Below are positions 34,001 through 41,248 of a stretch of DNA of 64,000 bases, in pieces. A program made the position numbers and the translations under genes. Under the pieces are notes generated by a model. It saw only the letters and a program-made list of their open reading frames with translations. It made no database searches and had not been told where the DNA came from. Positions within the stretch are counted from its first letter, which is position 1; the number at the start of each line of letters is the position of its first letter. This DNA comes from Candidatus Woesearchaeota archaeon. Its GTDB lineage: Archaea > Nanobdellota > Nanobdellia > Woesearchaeales > JAHWIC01. The stretch is taken from assembly GCA_019322485.1 (NCBI GenBank), contig JAHWIK010000027.1, positions 9,871 through 73,870 of the forward strand, in the 5' to 3' direction.

Positions 34001-34378
34001 ATCTGTTACAGAGACCTTGTTACACTTGGTCTGCCAAAAGATGAATGCGATAAACAGTATGAATACCATATGTGTGTTTATGTCCTAGGTGATGCTATTG
34101 GATGGCTGTTGTTTAATTTTATTGGAGCTGCGATACAGGCAATAGTACAAATGTTGATTAATCCTGTTGCAGCCCTGTGGGCATGGACTCGTACTGGGCT
34201 GCTTAGGAAGTGCCATACATCTCTTTCAAAAACAGTAAAATGGAGTACATGGTGCGCTGCGTATGCAGTCTGGCAATTGCTCACAAACATCGCAGAAATT
34301 GCAGAGCTTGAAGAGACCTATGAGAATATGAAGTGGGACCATGAAACAAACATGTGCGAAGAGCTTTTAGATGATTGA
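31058..34378 (+). CDS. Family A1: signal peptide + Ig-like array + Cys-rich polytopic C-terminal domain (1106 aa)
   Basis: Signal MIAIFLCTLIITIPFYTSSVYA. Units are delimited by DFKPPRI, DREGPGI, DETGPIV and DITPPLV. C-terminus: IYLIATTIALIGAIFANCC ... ICLCLPGIVYNVRKYRELVCWKAICY ... ECDKQYEYHMCVYVLGDAIGWLLFNFIGAAIQAIV. Paralogous to 43343 and 50680. Confidence 0.8.
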   Translation: MVILIKFKHLQMIAIFLCTLIITIPFYTSSVYAAVSGHIKRYPVAYGNSDGFPGAARQYDTITVEALARIDVDGESQPVSANQVKLYNEGMDFDYCDPDAGGYYLCSLENYPYPTGGFQGIKKFDIGLYHEGTRIAVGRASVVPDFKPPRIESLAITLPSEDAVKGISTTGTVSVDYIVKDYGYLNSWRDKECSGISKVEFYLNGFTGGPFKTENIDTGDCDYSDSFSFNVPSNIMVGTVKVCAKVYDRFNQASSEEEASPNCVSFGIDREGPGIQGGSFRVVDEDDRDVYFYHPRGKDVDVVFVIDAEDLNLGQGLGSIRIDLTTLDSSKLTSSNLNSGQCLRAPNSNLTNCVVSINLDSEGGLVTITSTDRYDNVDEEFLTAIFTLDETGPIVAQFVSDSIFMDGLYAKQYGNNFSALISDGGGIGVDSDDVKLVFYDGFSYDSSQDLNVVTNCTGTPGATACLWEGVDLSPGSDMAVKARIEGNDMLENAIAANEFNVTVDITPPLVTEADISIEALGSLTGDLTSGGGINITARIKDFTQIFAHADLSRFITGGERVPADSCIKVSDEWADETEWVCSWLRMIEAPGPDSGIDMDIEFEDVPGNIVTVTKTGLELYERVVEEVPDYYDLDIREDLLELIPIDMEVIESLTTQFYYQLVPFELLYNGRCSGDEIEITNIRLFGCEGYAYHAPRSDDPRSYTGFIQFALDTNEIINYDDYVEIGVDSTCQIEFNVKCHQKSYLQPEPEEIRLNIPIVVGDDVGDDLTDDIEDLKDWAETDFWAMWEFMDQVVTILKNICKIRQHIYLIATTIALIGAIFANCCEKGAAASAYCCPAEITSSGIHITFTEPQEAGAPGTTFEDKMKKLCAFVGCQKKDEPGLRAEDLPSDTAGAGDDAPDPTPRELLCNKLAKLGKNWITEYDFGSSGAAQGAETYVDAAWSTSVLQLSMKSLIFASICLCLPGIVYNVRKYRELVCWKAICYRDLVTLGLPKDECDKQYEYHMCVYVLGDAIGWLLFNFIGAAIQAIVQMLINPVAALWAWTRTGLLRKCHTSLSKTVKWSTWCAAYAVWQLLTNIAEIAELEETYENMKWDHETNMCEELLDD

Positions 34379-34421
34379 GGTGAATATTAAATATCAATAA
34401 AAACAAATCATTAAAAAAATA

Positions 34422-34546
34422 TGATTTTTGCTTGATGCAAACGTTAAAGCAAAAATCATCCGCAGTGTTCCTTTATGCCTCAGCCTAAAGGAAAGCAAGC
34501 GGATGAAAATTCCTTTATACTAAGGAAGAAGGGAATTTTCAGATTT
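34422..34546 (+). repeat. Three-hairpin intergenic element, copy C
   Basis: H1 is TGATTTTTGCTT/AAGCAAAAATCA (12 bp). H2 is CATCCGC/GCGGATG with inner TTCCTTTA/TAAAGGAA. H3 is GAAAATTCC/GGAATTTTC. All arms checked by hand as exact reverse complements. Confidence 0.85.
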
Positions 34547-34580
34547 GATTGTCATAATTAACAATAAATCAAGAACAAAA

Positions 34581-36224
34581 ATGTCAGAACAATCAGCCAT
34601 ATCAAAAGTAACCTTTATCCTAGTGTTTGTTGTAATTGCTATGCTGACTGCCAGCTGGTCTGGCTTGAAGAATATGGGCAGTGCAGCAAGTATTACTGGT
34701 GCAGTAACTTATTCTGATGGAGATATAATGGTTGTAGGTTATGATGATGGTACTACCTTCACATATCAGTATGATGATGGAAATTGGTACGGCACTCATT
34801 CCGGGCCGGATGCCCCCCCAGCTAATATGGACGCAATAATAGACCGTGCTAGTGGACGTGATGACTTTGATGTTACATTGAATTCTGGTGGAGAAATAAC
34901 AAAAATGGACGATGATAGTGGAGCAGGAGATGATGGCGGCGCTGGAGGAGGAGATGACGGTGGTGGTGACGCAACAGCTGGAGCAGGAGATGCTGGAGGA
35001 GATAGTAGTGGCGCTGGAGGAGATACACCTGCTACACCAGACCCCTATGAAGTAGACACCGATGGGGATGGGTTTAGTGATGGACAGGAAGCTGAGCATC
35101 AGACTGACCCTAATAACCCGGATTCCCATGGTGAAGGTATGGGCGATATAGAAGCTATGAGTGATGATGACGAGGATGCAGAGGAGCAAGACGACGCAGC
35201 ATCCGATGCAGCTGACAGGGGATGGGGTGCAGCAGAACAAGCTTACGCAACAATGCATCCTGGTGCTGGTGACCTGGCATGGCAGGGATATTGGGAAGAT
35301 ATAGTTGGACAGGATTTGTCCTTTGTTAATGCTGAAGACCTGCCTGACTGGGCAGCTTATTCCTTAGAAGGGTATGAAGGCTATATATGCGAGCGGATGC
35401 TTGGTTTTGAAACATCAGATTATTTCGTACAGGATTATCCTGGGCATTACCAGGGGGGTGATTTCCCTTCTATTACTAATATTATCTATGCTACTGGTGA
35501 AAGGACGCATTATCCCGTACAACAATTTACAGAATGTACTGGGAATAGTGATTATTATGATGGAGAATGGTTCCCTAAGATTACTGCAACTGGTGCAACT
35601 GCCCCTACTGCTGCGGATGCACTAGGTTACTTGTATAAGTTTTCATGGTATGTTGGCCATCCTTTCAGCGAAGACCAGATTGATGAGATGCAGGGGTGGG
35701 AGATTGATGATGAAGGTCTTGACCACAATGGGAATCTGTCATATAAGATATACTTGTTTACTTATCAGTGTGATGACCCAGATGCGTTGGATGTAGACGT
35801 CCCTACACTATCTGATGGGGCAAAAGCTTATATCCTGCCTAGTGAGGCAACATCCTTTAAGGTGAACCCAGGAGCATATCATTCATATACTCATTCATTT
35901 TATGACAAAGCATATATTTATAAGATTTGCATTAGATTTGACAATGACTATGGATGGTCACATGATGGAGATATTGAGGGTTCATGGCCTCCAGAATGTA
36001 AACCAAGCGATATAGATGGTGATGGTGGGTTGGTAGTTGAGTCAACTTCAACTCTTAGCATGCCTCCTGGATTTAATTTCTTCCCGCCAGATACAACCAG
36101 CGCGGGAAGCACTGATGACGGGGTGACATCTACAACAACAAGCGGCAGTGATGGTGACCCTCAGGACTGCACTAGTTGTCCTGCCGGGTTGCAGGGCGGC
36201 GGCGATGTTTGGGAAACTGGATAA
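34581..36224 (+). CDS. Family B1: N-anchored acidic protein with TSP type-3-like Ca-binding repeat and shared C-terminal domain
   Basis: The track start at 34545 is a TTG inside the repeat element, and the first ATG is 34581 (MSEQSAISKVTFILVFVVIAMLTA...). D/G-rich region; DTDGDGFSDGQEAEHQTDPNNPDS resembles a thrombospondin type 3 / bacterial Ca-binding repeat. The C-terminal GYLYKFSWYV and YIYKICIRFDND match B2. Confidence 0.75.
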   Translation: MSEQSAISKVTFILVFVVIAMLTASWSGLKNMGSAASITGAVTYSDGDIMVVGYDDGTTFTYQYDDGNWYGTHSGPDAPPANMDAIIDRASGRDDFDVTLNSGGEITKMDDDSGAGDDGGAGGGDDGGGDATAGAGDAGGDSSGAGGDTPATPDPYEVDTDGDGFSDGQEAEHQTDPNNPDSHGEGMGDIEAMSDDDEDAEEQDDAASDAADRGWGAAEQAYATMHPGAGDLAWQGYWEDIVGQDLSFVNAEDLPDWAAYSLEGYEGYICERMLGFETSDYFVQDYPGHYQGGDFPSITNIIYATGERTHYPVQQFTECTGNSDYYDGEWFPKITATGATAPTAADALGYLYKFSWYVGHPFSEDQIDEMQGWEIDDEGLDHNGNLSYKIYLFTYQCDDPDALDVDVPTLSDGAKAYILPSEATSFKVNPGAYHSYTHSFYDKAYIYKICIRFDNDYGWSHDGDIEGSWPPECKPSDIDGDGGLVVESTSTLSMPPGFNFFPPDTTSAGSTDDGVTSTTTSGSDGDPQDCTSCPAGLQGGGDVWETG

Positions 36225-36242
36225 TTATCAATTAGAAAAAAA

Positions 36243-38609
36243 ATGAAAAAAAGAGGTGTAGCCTTTAAAAAAGGCCAGATAACTGTATTTATAATAATTG
36301 GGATTCTCTTATTAGTTTCTATTTCTACAGTGGTATATTTTAGAGGGAGGGCAGTCAAGGATATACCTATAGAAGAATTTGTTGAGGTGCCAGAGGTTGC
36401 AGCAGAGCTTGTGCCTATTGATTTGTTTGTGAAATCATGCATTAGAAGAAAGATTGAGGGGCCTGATGGTCCTCTTAAAGGCGCCCTTAGGATAGCTGAA
36501 GAGCATGGCGGCTATATCTACCAGGAAGAATTACAGCCCGATTATATGTCCCCAACAGAAGGCAATGCTATTGAGTATCTGCCTAACTCTGGTATACTAA
36601 TACCCTACTGGTATTATATGAAAAGCCCGAATTATTGCCAAAGTAACTGCAAATTTGACACAATGATGCCGCCATTATGCAAGCCTTCACCAAGAGAGTG
36701 TGTCAATGAAGGCCAGGGCTCAATTGAAGAGCAGCTGGAGCGGTATTTATTAGAAAATATTGATGAATGCTTGGCTGGTTTTGCGGAAACAGAGAAACAG
36801 GGCTTTGAGGTGACTGAGCTTGGTGAGCCCCAGGCTAATGTGATAATAAGGGACAGGGATGTGCTAGTCAGGCTTTACTATCCCTTAAGCATAGAAAAGG
36901 AAGGAGCTACTGGCGGGATAGATGATTTTGTAGTGACAATAAGAAGCGACATAAAAGAGCTGTATACAATGGCTTATGAGATGGCTAAATATGACATGAA
37001 TAACTGCTTTATTGGCAAACATATACAAAACCATATTTCATACTCTGCAGGGCTAGGGGCTGGTAAACTGCCTCCAATCTATGAGCTTACTATAGGAGAG
37101 CCTTCCATGCAAATATGGTCTTTAGAGAATGTCAAGCAGCTTTTGAAATATAGAATAGTTGGAGCTGTTCAGTTAATTGGCGTGTTTTACACAAAAGGGT
37201 TTACCTGGCCAACATACCATGACCCAAATGACCCATATTACTCAACAAGACAGGGAATCCTTGACAATCAGGTTTTCAGGCCATTTGATACCTTCCATGA
37301 TGCTACTGTGATTTTTAATTACCTTCCGTGGTGGGATATCTATCTTGACATAAAACCAAGCAGTGGCGGTGTACTAATGCCTTCTGACTTTGGCATGGAT
37401 GCAGGAAGTTTCGCTACATTAATAGGTACAATATCACAGACAAAGACCTACAAATTCTCTTATCAATACTCATTCCCTACAGTGGTTGATATAAGAAAAC
37501 TGGATTATAGGAATGATGAGCATGTTTTCAGGTTTGCGCTTGAGGCAAATGTCAGGGCTAACAGATGCTTCAGTCCAAACATTACCATGACTTACACCAG
37601 GGATGCCTTTGCCACAGGATTATGCGATTATGTACAGGCTAGAAGGAATGCCACTATTAATGTAAAGGAGATTACGCGCGAATTTGGAAATTATGTCCAA
37701 CATCCAGTGGATGAGGTTAAGGTTACTTTCTTTGCAGGCACTACCTGCTTGCTAGGATTCACTGATGAAAATGGTATTATTGAAGCCAAATATCCAGCTG
37801 CTTATGGCGCGCAAATGAAATTTGCTAAAAGAGGCTATGCTGAAAAGATTGTAGATGTCTCTGATATTAGTGATGGTGCAACAGTCATCATAAATAAACT
37901 AAGAACATACAATGCAACAGTAAAGCACTTTAAGATGAACCGCGACAGAAGCTTGCCTCAATCAGGGGTAGACCTTGAGCCAGGGGAAACTGTGGTAATC
38001 ATGCTAAAGAAAGCTGACTACCCAGAAATACCGAGCCAAGTAGTGTCATTTGATGGCAGCTCTGAAACAAATATGACCTTAGATCTGATTGAGGGTAATT
38101 ATGAGATTAGCGCGCAGTATTTTAAGCGCAGCCCCTTTAGTTTACCTCCAATGTGCATCCATATATGTAATCATGGAACATTTTCACAGCCAAGCACTGA
38201 TTCATGGGATGCTGTAAACAACGTGCCAACAAGCAAGTGCTTTGATGATGATTGTACTCCCGGAGGGGATTGTTATGGATATAGCACTGAACTTATTGAT
38301 TTAGGTGCTTATGTCGAATGTTGCAATCAGGCCAATGAATGGATTCCTGAAGATCCAGTTAATATTTCACTCATGGGCGGGGCTAAATTTGACCAAGATT
38401 TAGGTTACTGGACACTAACTGAAGGGCATTATTATGACCCAAGGGGCACAATAGAATTTAATGTGCTAAGCCAACCAGACCCTGACTGCGTTTCGGCTGA
38501 TGATTGTGTTGTACCTGACTGCATAGGCTATAGTGATGACCTTAGTGCTTTGGGTACCTATTATGAAACACACTGGAGTACACTTAGGCCAAGTTTAGTT
38601 TTTGGATAA
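36243..38609 (+). CDS. Family C1: 788-aa protein with class III (type IV pilin-like) signal-peptide-like N-terminus
   Basis: MKKRGVAFKKGQITVFIIIGILLLVSISTVVYF. The shared core FVKSCIRRKIEG...GGYIYQ...PTEGNAIEY...IPYWYYM... aligns with C2 and C3. Confidence 0.8.
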   Translation: MKKRGVAFKKGQITVFIIIGILLLVSISTVVYFRGRAVKDIPIEEFVEVPEVAAELVPIDLFVKSCIRRKIEGPDGPLKGALRIAEEHGGYIYQEELQPDYMSPTEGNAIEYLPNSGILIPYWYYMKSPNYCQSNCKFDTMMPPLCKPSPRECVNEGQGSIEEQLERYLLENIDECLAGFAETEKQGFEVTELGEPQANVIIRDRDVLVRLYYPLSIEKEGATGGIDDFVVTIRSDIKELYTMAYEMAKYDMNNCFIGKHIQNHISYSAGLGAGKLPPIYELTIGEPSMQIWSLENVKQLLKYRIVGAVQLIGVFYTKGFTWPTYHDPNDPYYSTRQGILDNQVFRPFDTFHDATVIFNYLPWWDIYLDIKPSSGGVLMPSDFGMDAGSFATLIGTISQTKTYKFSYQYSFPTVVDIRKLDYRNDEHVFRFALEANVRANRCFSPNITMTYTRDAFATGLCDYVQARRNATINVKEITREFGNYVQHPVDEVKVTFFAGTTCLLGFTDENGIIEAKYPAAYGAQMKFAKRGYAEKIVDVSDISDGATVIINKLRTYNATVKHFKMNRDRSLPQSGVDLEPGETVVIMLKKADYPEIPSQVVSFDGSSETNMTLDLIEGNYEISAQYFKRSPFSLPPMCIHICNHGTFSQPSTDSWDAVNNVPTSKCFDDDCTPGGDCYGYSTELIDLGAYVECCNQANEWIPEDPVNISLMGGAKFDQDLGYWTLTEGHYYDPRGTIEFNVLSQPDPDCVSADDCVVPDCIGYSDDLSALGTYYETHWSTLRPSLVFG

Positions 38610-38613
38610 AGAG

Positions 38614-39423
38614 ATGACATTGTTAAACAAAAAAAGGCTAATGGAAGTAAAGAAATCCTTGTTCTTTAAGAGCTTTAAAGATATTGACTTAAAGTTATTG
38701 TATGCAATTCTAATAGATGCAGGGTATTATCTCCTGGTATTTGGCATTATAATGTTAACCTATTCCATGCTGCAATACAACTTTACAGCATTAGATAATG
38801 TAATGCCTGTGTTAGAGAAGATTCAAACCCTTTCTATTGATGGCCCTGGCTTCAAGGCAGAGGCAGAAGAGGCTGTTGGGATGCTGCGCATGATGTTTAT
38901 GAAAGGGGTATTGATAGCAGTTGGAGCAGTTATTGTTTTGGTTCTTGTATCAGCGGTTTTAAGAAGCCTGGTTTGGAGCCAAATCCTGAGGATAAAGGTA
39001 GATAAACACTATCTAAAAAGGTTTTTCCTGCTCAAGGTTTTGTGGAGCCTTGCATGGCTGCTAGTAATTGCGCTGGGTTTTTTGTTGTTTAAGCCTAAAG
39101 TCAGTGTATGGATTTTGATAGTAACGTCTGTGATTTATGTTCATTTTACAGTAATCCTGCACTCCTTGTTTGATAAAAGAAAAGCAAATTTGGGGCTAAT
39201 AAAGAGCGCATTCTTAATAGGACTAAAAAAGATTTATTTGCTCATTGTGCCATATATCGTGGCTGGGGCTGTTTTTTATTTCCTTGGCTCATCCTGCTAT
39301 CTGGCATACCTGCTGAAAAAAAAGGTTGTTTTAATGAGCATTTATGCTATCTTGTTCATAGTATTTTCAGGATGGGTAAGGCTGTACATATCAATGATAC
39401 TTAAAAAGGCAGAAAAAGCTTAA
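38614..39423 (+). CDS. Family D1: polytopic membrane protein (~269 aa)
   Basis: The track start at 38602 is TTG, and the first ATG is 38614, 5 nt after the C1 stop. It has 5-6 hydrophobic helices. LIKSAFLIGLKKIYLLIVPYIV aligns with ILRKALMLGAKKAHIILLVYLI of D2. Confidence 0.7.
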   Translation: MTLLNKKRLMEVKKSLFFKSFKDIDLKLLYAILIDAGYYLLVFGIIMLTYSMLQYNFTALDNVMPVLEKIQTLSIDGPGFKAEAEEAVGMLRMMFMKGVLIAVGAVIVLVLVSAVLRSLVWSQILRIKVDKHYLKRFFLLKVLWSLAWLLVIALGFLLFKPKVSVWILIVTSVIYVHFTVILHSLFDKRKANLGLIKSAFLIGLKKIYLLIVPYIVAGAVFYFLGSSCYLAYLLKKKVVLMSIYAILFIVFSGWVRLYISMILKKAEKA

Positions 39424-40668
39424 TTATCCTCTAGGGCCAAGCTGCTGTAGTTCGTACAATTTTTCAAGCTGGTAGCAGTTCTGCTTAAGGAATGGCTGGG
39501 TTAGCTTATCACAAAGTTCGAATCTGCCAGCTGTTGCAAAGACCATATAACAATTATCGCGTATAGTGTCCTTTATAATCTTGGCGCACATGCCTGCGTC
39601 ATTAAGTTCCTTGGCAATACTCCTAATGCAGTTGTCTTCTGCTCGCTGATCCATAATGTCATCACAATATTGCTCATCAGTTGATGCCTGAGCAACCCTG
39701 CCATAACAGTCATCCCTGAATACCCTGTCTGTGATATCAGCGCATTGCTGGCCAGCTTTTGATGGGTTTGTGAATGCAGTTTGTTCTATATTGCTTAGCT
39801 TTTCCCATGTAGTCATAGTAGGGGTAATCGGTGCTGGTGGCGGCGGTGGAGGTGGTTTTGGGCAGTCATCTGAACATGTTGTATAAGTCTCTCCTGTCTC
39901 ACACTTCCCGTTACCGCAGCAGGGGATTATTGGCCTGGAAACACACTCATTTAACGCAAGAAAATCTGTAGTGCAAGGGTCGCCATCCTCACAAATAAGG
40001 TCTCCCTCCCTTTCTTCCTCTGTTGGAACCACAAATTCTTCCTCTCTAGGAATCTCTTCTTCCTCCTCAGGCAAGGTTGGCGGTGGGGTTGGTGCCTCAG
40101 CAACACTAAATGTTTCTACTGCAGTTGCAAGCTTTCCATTGTATCTTGCCAAAACCTTTAACTGGTAGTTTGCTGGCGCTAGGCTAGAAGGAATCCTTAT
40201 CTTGGCTTTTGTTGGAACCCCTGTTTCAATTGCTGCTGTTTCTTCCTTGTGTTGGACTACATTTTCATTTGCATCCATTATTAAATATCTCAGTGAAACA
40301 TCCTGCCTGCCAGCAGCTCCCAGGTCAAGCAGCTCTACATCAAATTCTAAATCATCACCCTGCATAGCTTCTGTTGTGGTTATGGTTGTCTCAAGGCCAA
40401 GAAGTTCTGCTGGTTCTCCTTTCATAAAGTTAAACGCCAGAATGCCTCCAAGGACAACAACAATAAAAACAGCAGTTAGCGCAATAATTGTTGTTGGAGA
40501 TATATGGACTGCAGGCTTGGCTGCCTGCGGCTGTGCATAAGCCTGCCTGATGGCTGCGTCAATTGCAGGCTGCTGATAGCCGTATTTAAGCAGCGCTGCT
40601 CGTATAGAATTGACATTATAGCCTGCTTTAAGCTGCTGCCTAATATAAGAAGCTAAATCCTGAGCCAT
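39424..40668 (-). CDS. Membrane-anchored Cys-repeat protein (414 aa)
   Basis: N-terminal LKAGYNVNSIRAALLKYGYQQPAIDAAI helix pair, TM TTIIALTAVFIVVVLGGILAF and a beta-sandwich-like region. Then a Glu/Pro linker, the CCGNGKCETGETYTTCSDDC motif, a poly-Pro run, and about 6 repeats of C-x(2)-I-x-D-x(3)-(R/E)D-x-CY-like units. Its stop codon abuts the D1 stop (TAATTA at 39421-39426). Confidence 0.75.
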   Translation of the reverse strand: MAQDLASYIRQQLKAGYNVNSIRAALLKYGYQQPAIDAAIRQAYAQPQAAKPAVHISPTTIIALTAVFIVVVLGGILAFNFMKGEPAELLGLETTITTTEAMQGDDLEFDVELLDLGAAGRQDVSLRYLIMDANENVVQHKEETAAIETGVPTKAKIRIPSSLAPANYQLKVLARYNGKLATAVETFSVAEAPTPPPTLPEEEEEIPREEEFVVPTEEEREGDLICEDGDPCTTDFLALNECVSRPIIPCCGNGKCETGETYTTCSDDCPKPPPPPPPAPITPTMTTWEKLSNIEQTAFTNPSKAGQQCADITDRVFRDDCYGRVAQASTDEQYCDDIMDQRAEDNCIRSIAKELNDAGMCAKIIKDTIRDNCYMVFATAGRFELCDKLTQPFLKQNCYQLEKLYELQQLGPRG

Positions 40669-40973
40669 TGGATTTATTTTAATTTGATATTATTTAAATG
40701 TTATTGTTTGCTGGATAGTCAATAAGAAAAAAATAATCACTAACTGCACAAACACTGTAGCCAACCAAAGGTTGGTTACTGTACAGAGTTTCACCTTATT
40801 TATTTTTAATTTGTTTTAATAATCTAAAATTAAAAAATATCAACACAACCATATGTACAACTAGTTCTGCATCTTTTTCTGCACCCAATGATAGATTCTT
40901 AGGGTGATAATTAAAATCAAGGTGCGCAAACAATTCTAATAAATTTTTTAGAAAGATTTAAATATATGCAAAG

Positions 40974-41065
40974 TTTAGTATAAATATAGTATATATAAAG
41001 TATAAAGTAGTCGACAAAAAAAGAGAAAGGTTTATATATTTATACATTATTTAGTATAAATATAG
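40974..41065 (+). promoter_or_regulatory. Two exact 16-nt direct repeats TTTAGTATAAATATAG (40974-40989, 41050-41065) bracketing the promoter of the second RHH operon
   Basis: Read directly. The two copies are 76 nt apart start to start and flank the BRE/TATA-like element at 41023-41037. Confidence 0.6.
41023..41037 (+). promoter_or_regulatory. BRE/TATA-like promoter element (AGAAAGGTTTATATA)
   Basis: Consensus match 47 nt upstream of the ATG at 41084. A second similar box, AGAAAGATTTAAATA, lies at 40950-40964. Confidence 0.5.
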
Positions 41066-41083
41066 GCTTAATTAAGCATAAAA

Positions 41084-41248
41084 ATGAGTGTACAGATACG
41101 AATTACAGTCTCTAAAGAGATAAACGAACTTCTCGAAAAGGTAGCTAAGAAACTCGGCAAAAAGAAGTCAATGCTAGCTAGAGAGCTGATGGAGCAGAAG
41201 CTATACGACTTAGAATTGATTCAAAAAAAATTTGGTGAGCTAAAATAA
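41084..41248 (+). CDS. Ribbon-helix-helix (CopG-like) protein, 54 aa (not in the ORF track)
   Basis: Hand translation: MSVQIRITVSKEINELLEKVAKKLGKKKSMLARELMEQKLYDLELIQKKFGELK*. It has a beta-strand (IRITVS) plus two helices. The stop TAA (41246-41248) overlaps the ATG (41248) of C2 as TAATG. Confidence 0.7.
   Translation: MSVQIRITVSKEINELLEKVAKKLGKKKSMLARELMEQKLYDLELIQKKFGELK

Noticed and set aside
34422-34546. Three-hairpin element as a tRNA, H/ACA or C/D box sRNA
   Set aside because: There is no cloverleaf, T-loop or anticodon architecture. Hairpins 1 and 3 are uninterrupted stems without pseudouridylation pockets or K-turn GA pairs, and there are no clear ACA boxes at fixed distance and no C/D boxes. 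One copy is inverted, which argues against a strand-specific guide RNA. It is left as an unclassified structured repeat.
34545-34580. Track start codons at 34545, 38602, 43334 and 46384 for B1, D1, A2 and B2
   Set aside because: Each of these is a TTG read as Met. An ATG follows in frame within 6-36 nt, and in three cases it lies 1-5 nt after the upstream stop. The 34545 TTG lies inside the conserved flank of the repeat element. I moved the starts to 34581, 38614, 43343 and 46390. The TTG start of 57325..57873 was kept because no nearby ATG exists and a GAGGT site precedes it.
34620-35258. 212-aa minus-strand ORF inside B1
   Set aside because: It lies antisense to the GGA/GAT-rich acidic linker of B1. 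The reverse frame of a (G/D)-coding purine-rich stretch is automatically open and gives Ser/Ile/Cys-rich nonsense. The + strand reading has an anchor, a recognisable Ca-binding repeat and a domain shared with B2.
40755-40792. Hairpin CTGTAGCCAACC-AAAG-GGTTGGTTACTG in the divergent region upstream of the second RHH operon
   Set aside because: It is a single ~10-bp stem with one wobble, no second copy and no obvious link to a gene end. That is too little to call an RNA or a terminator.
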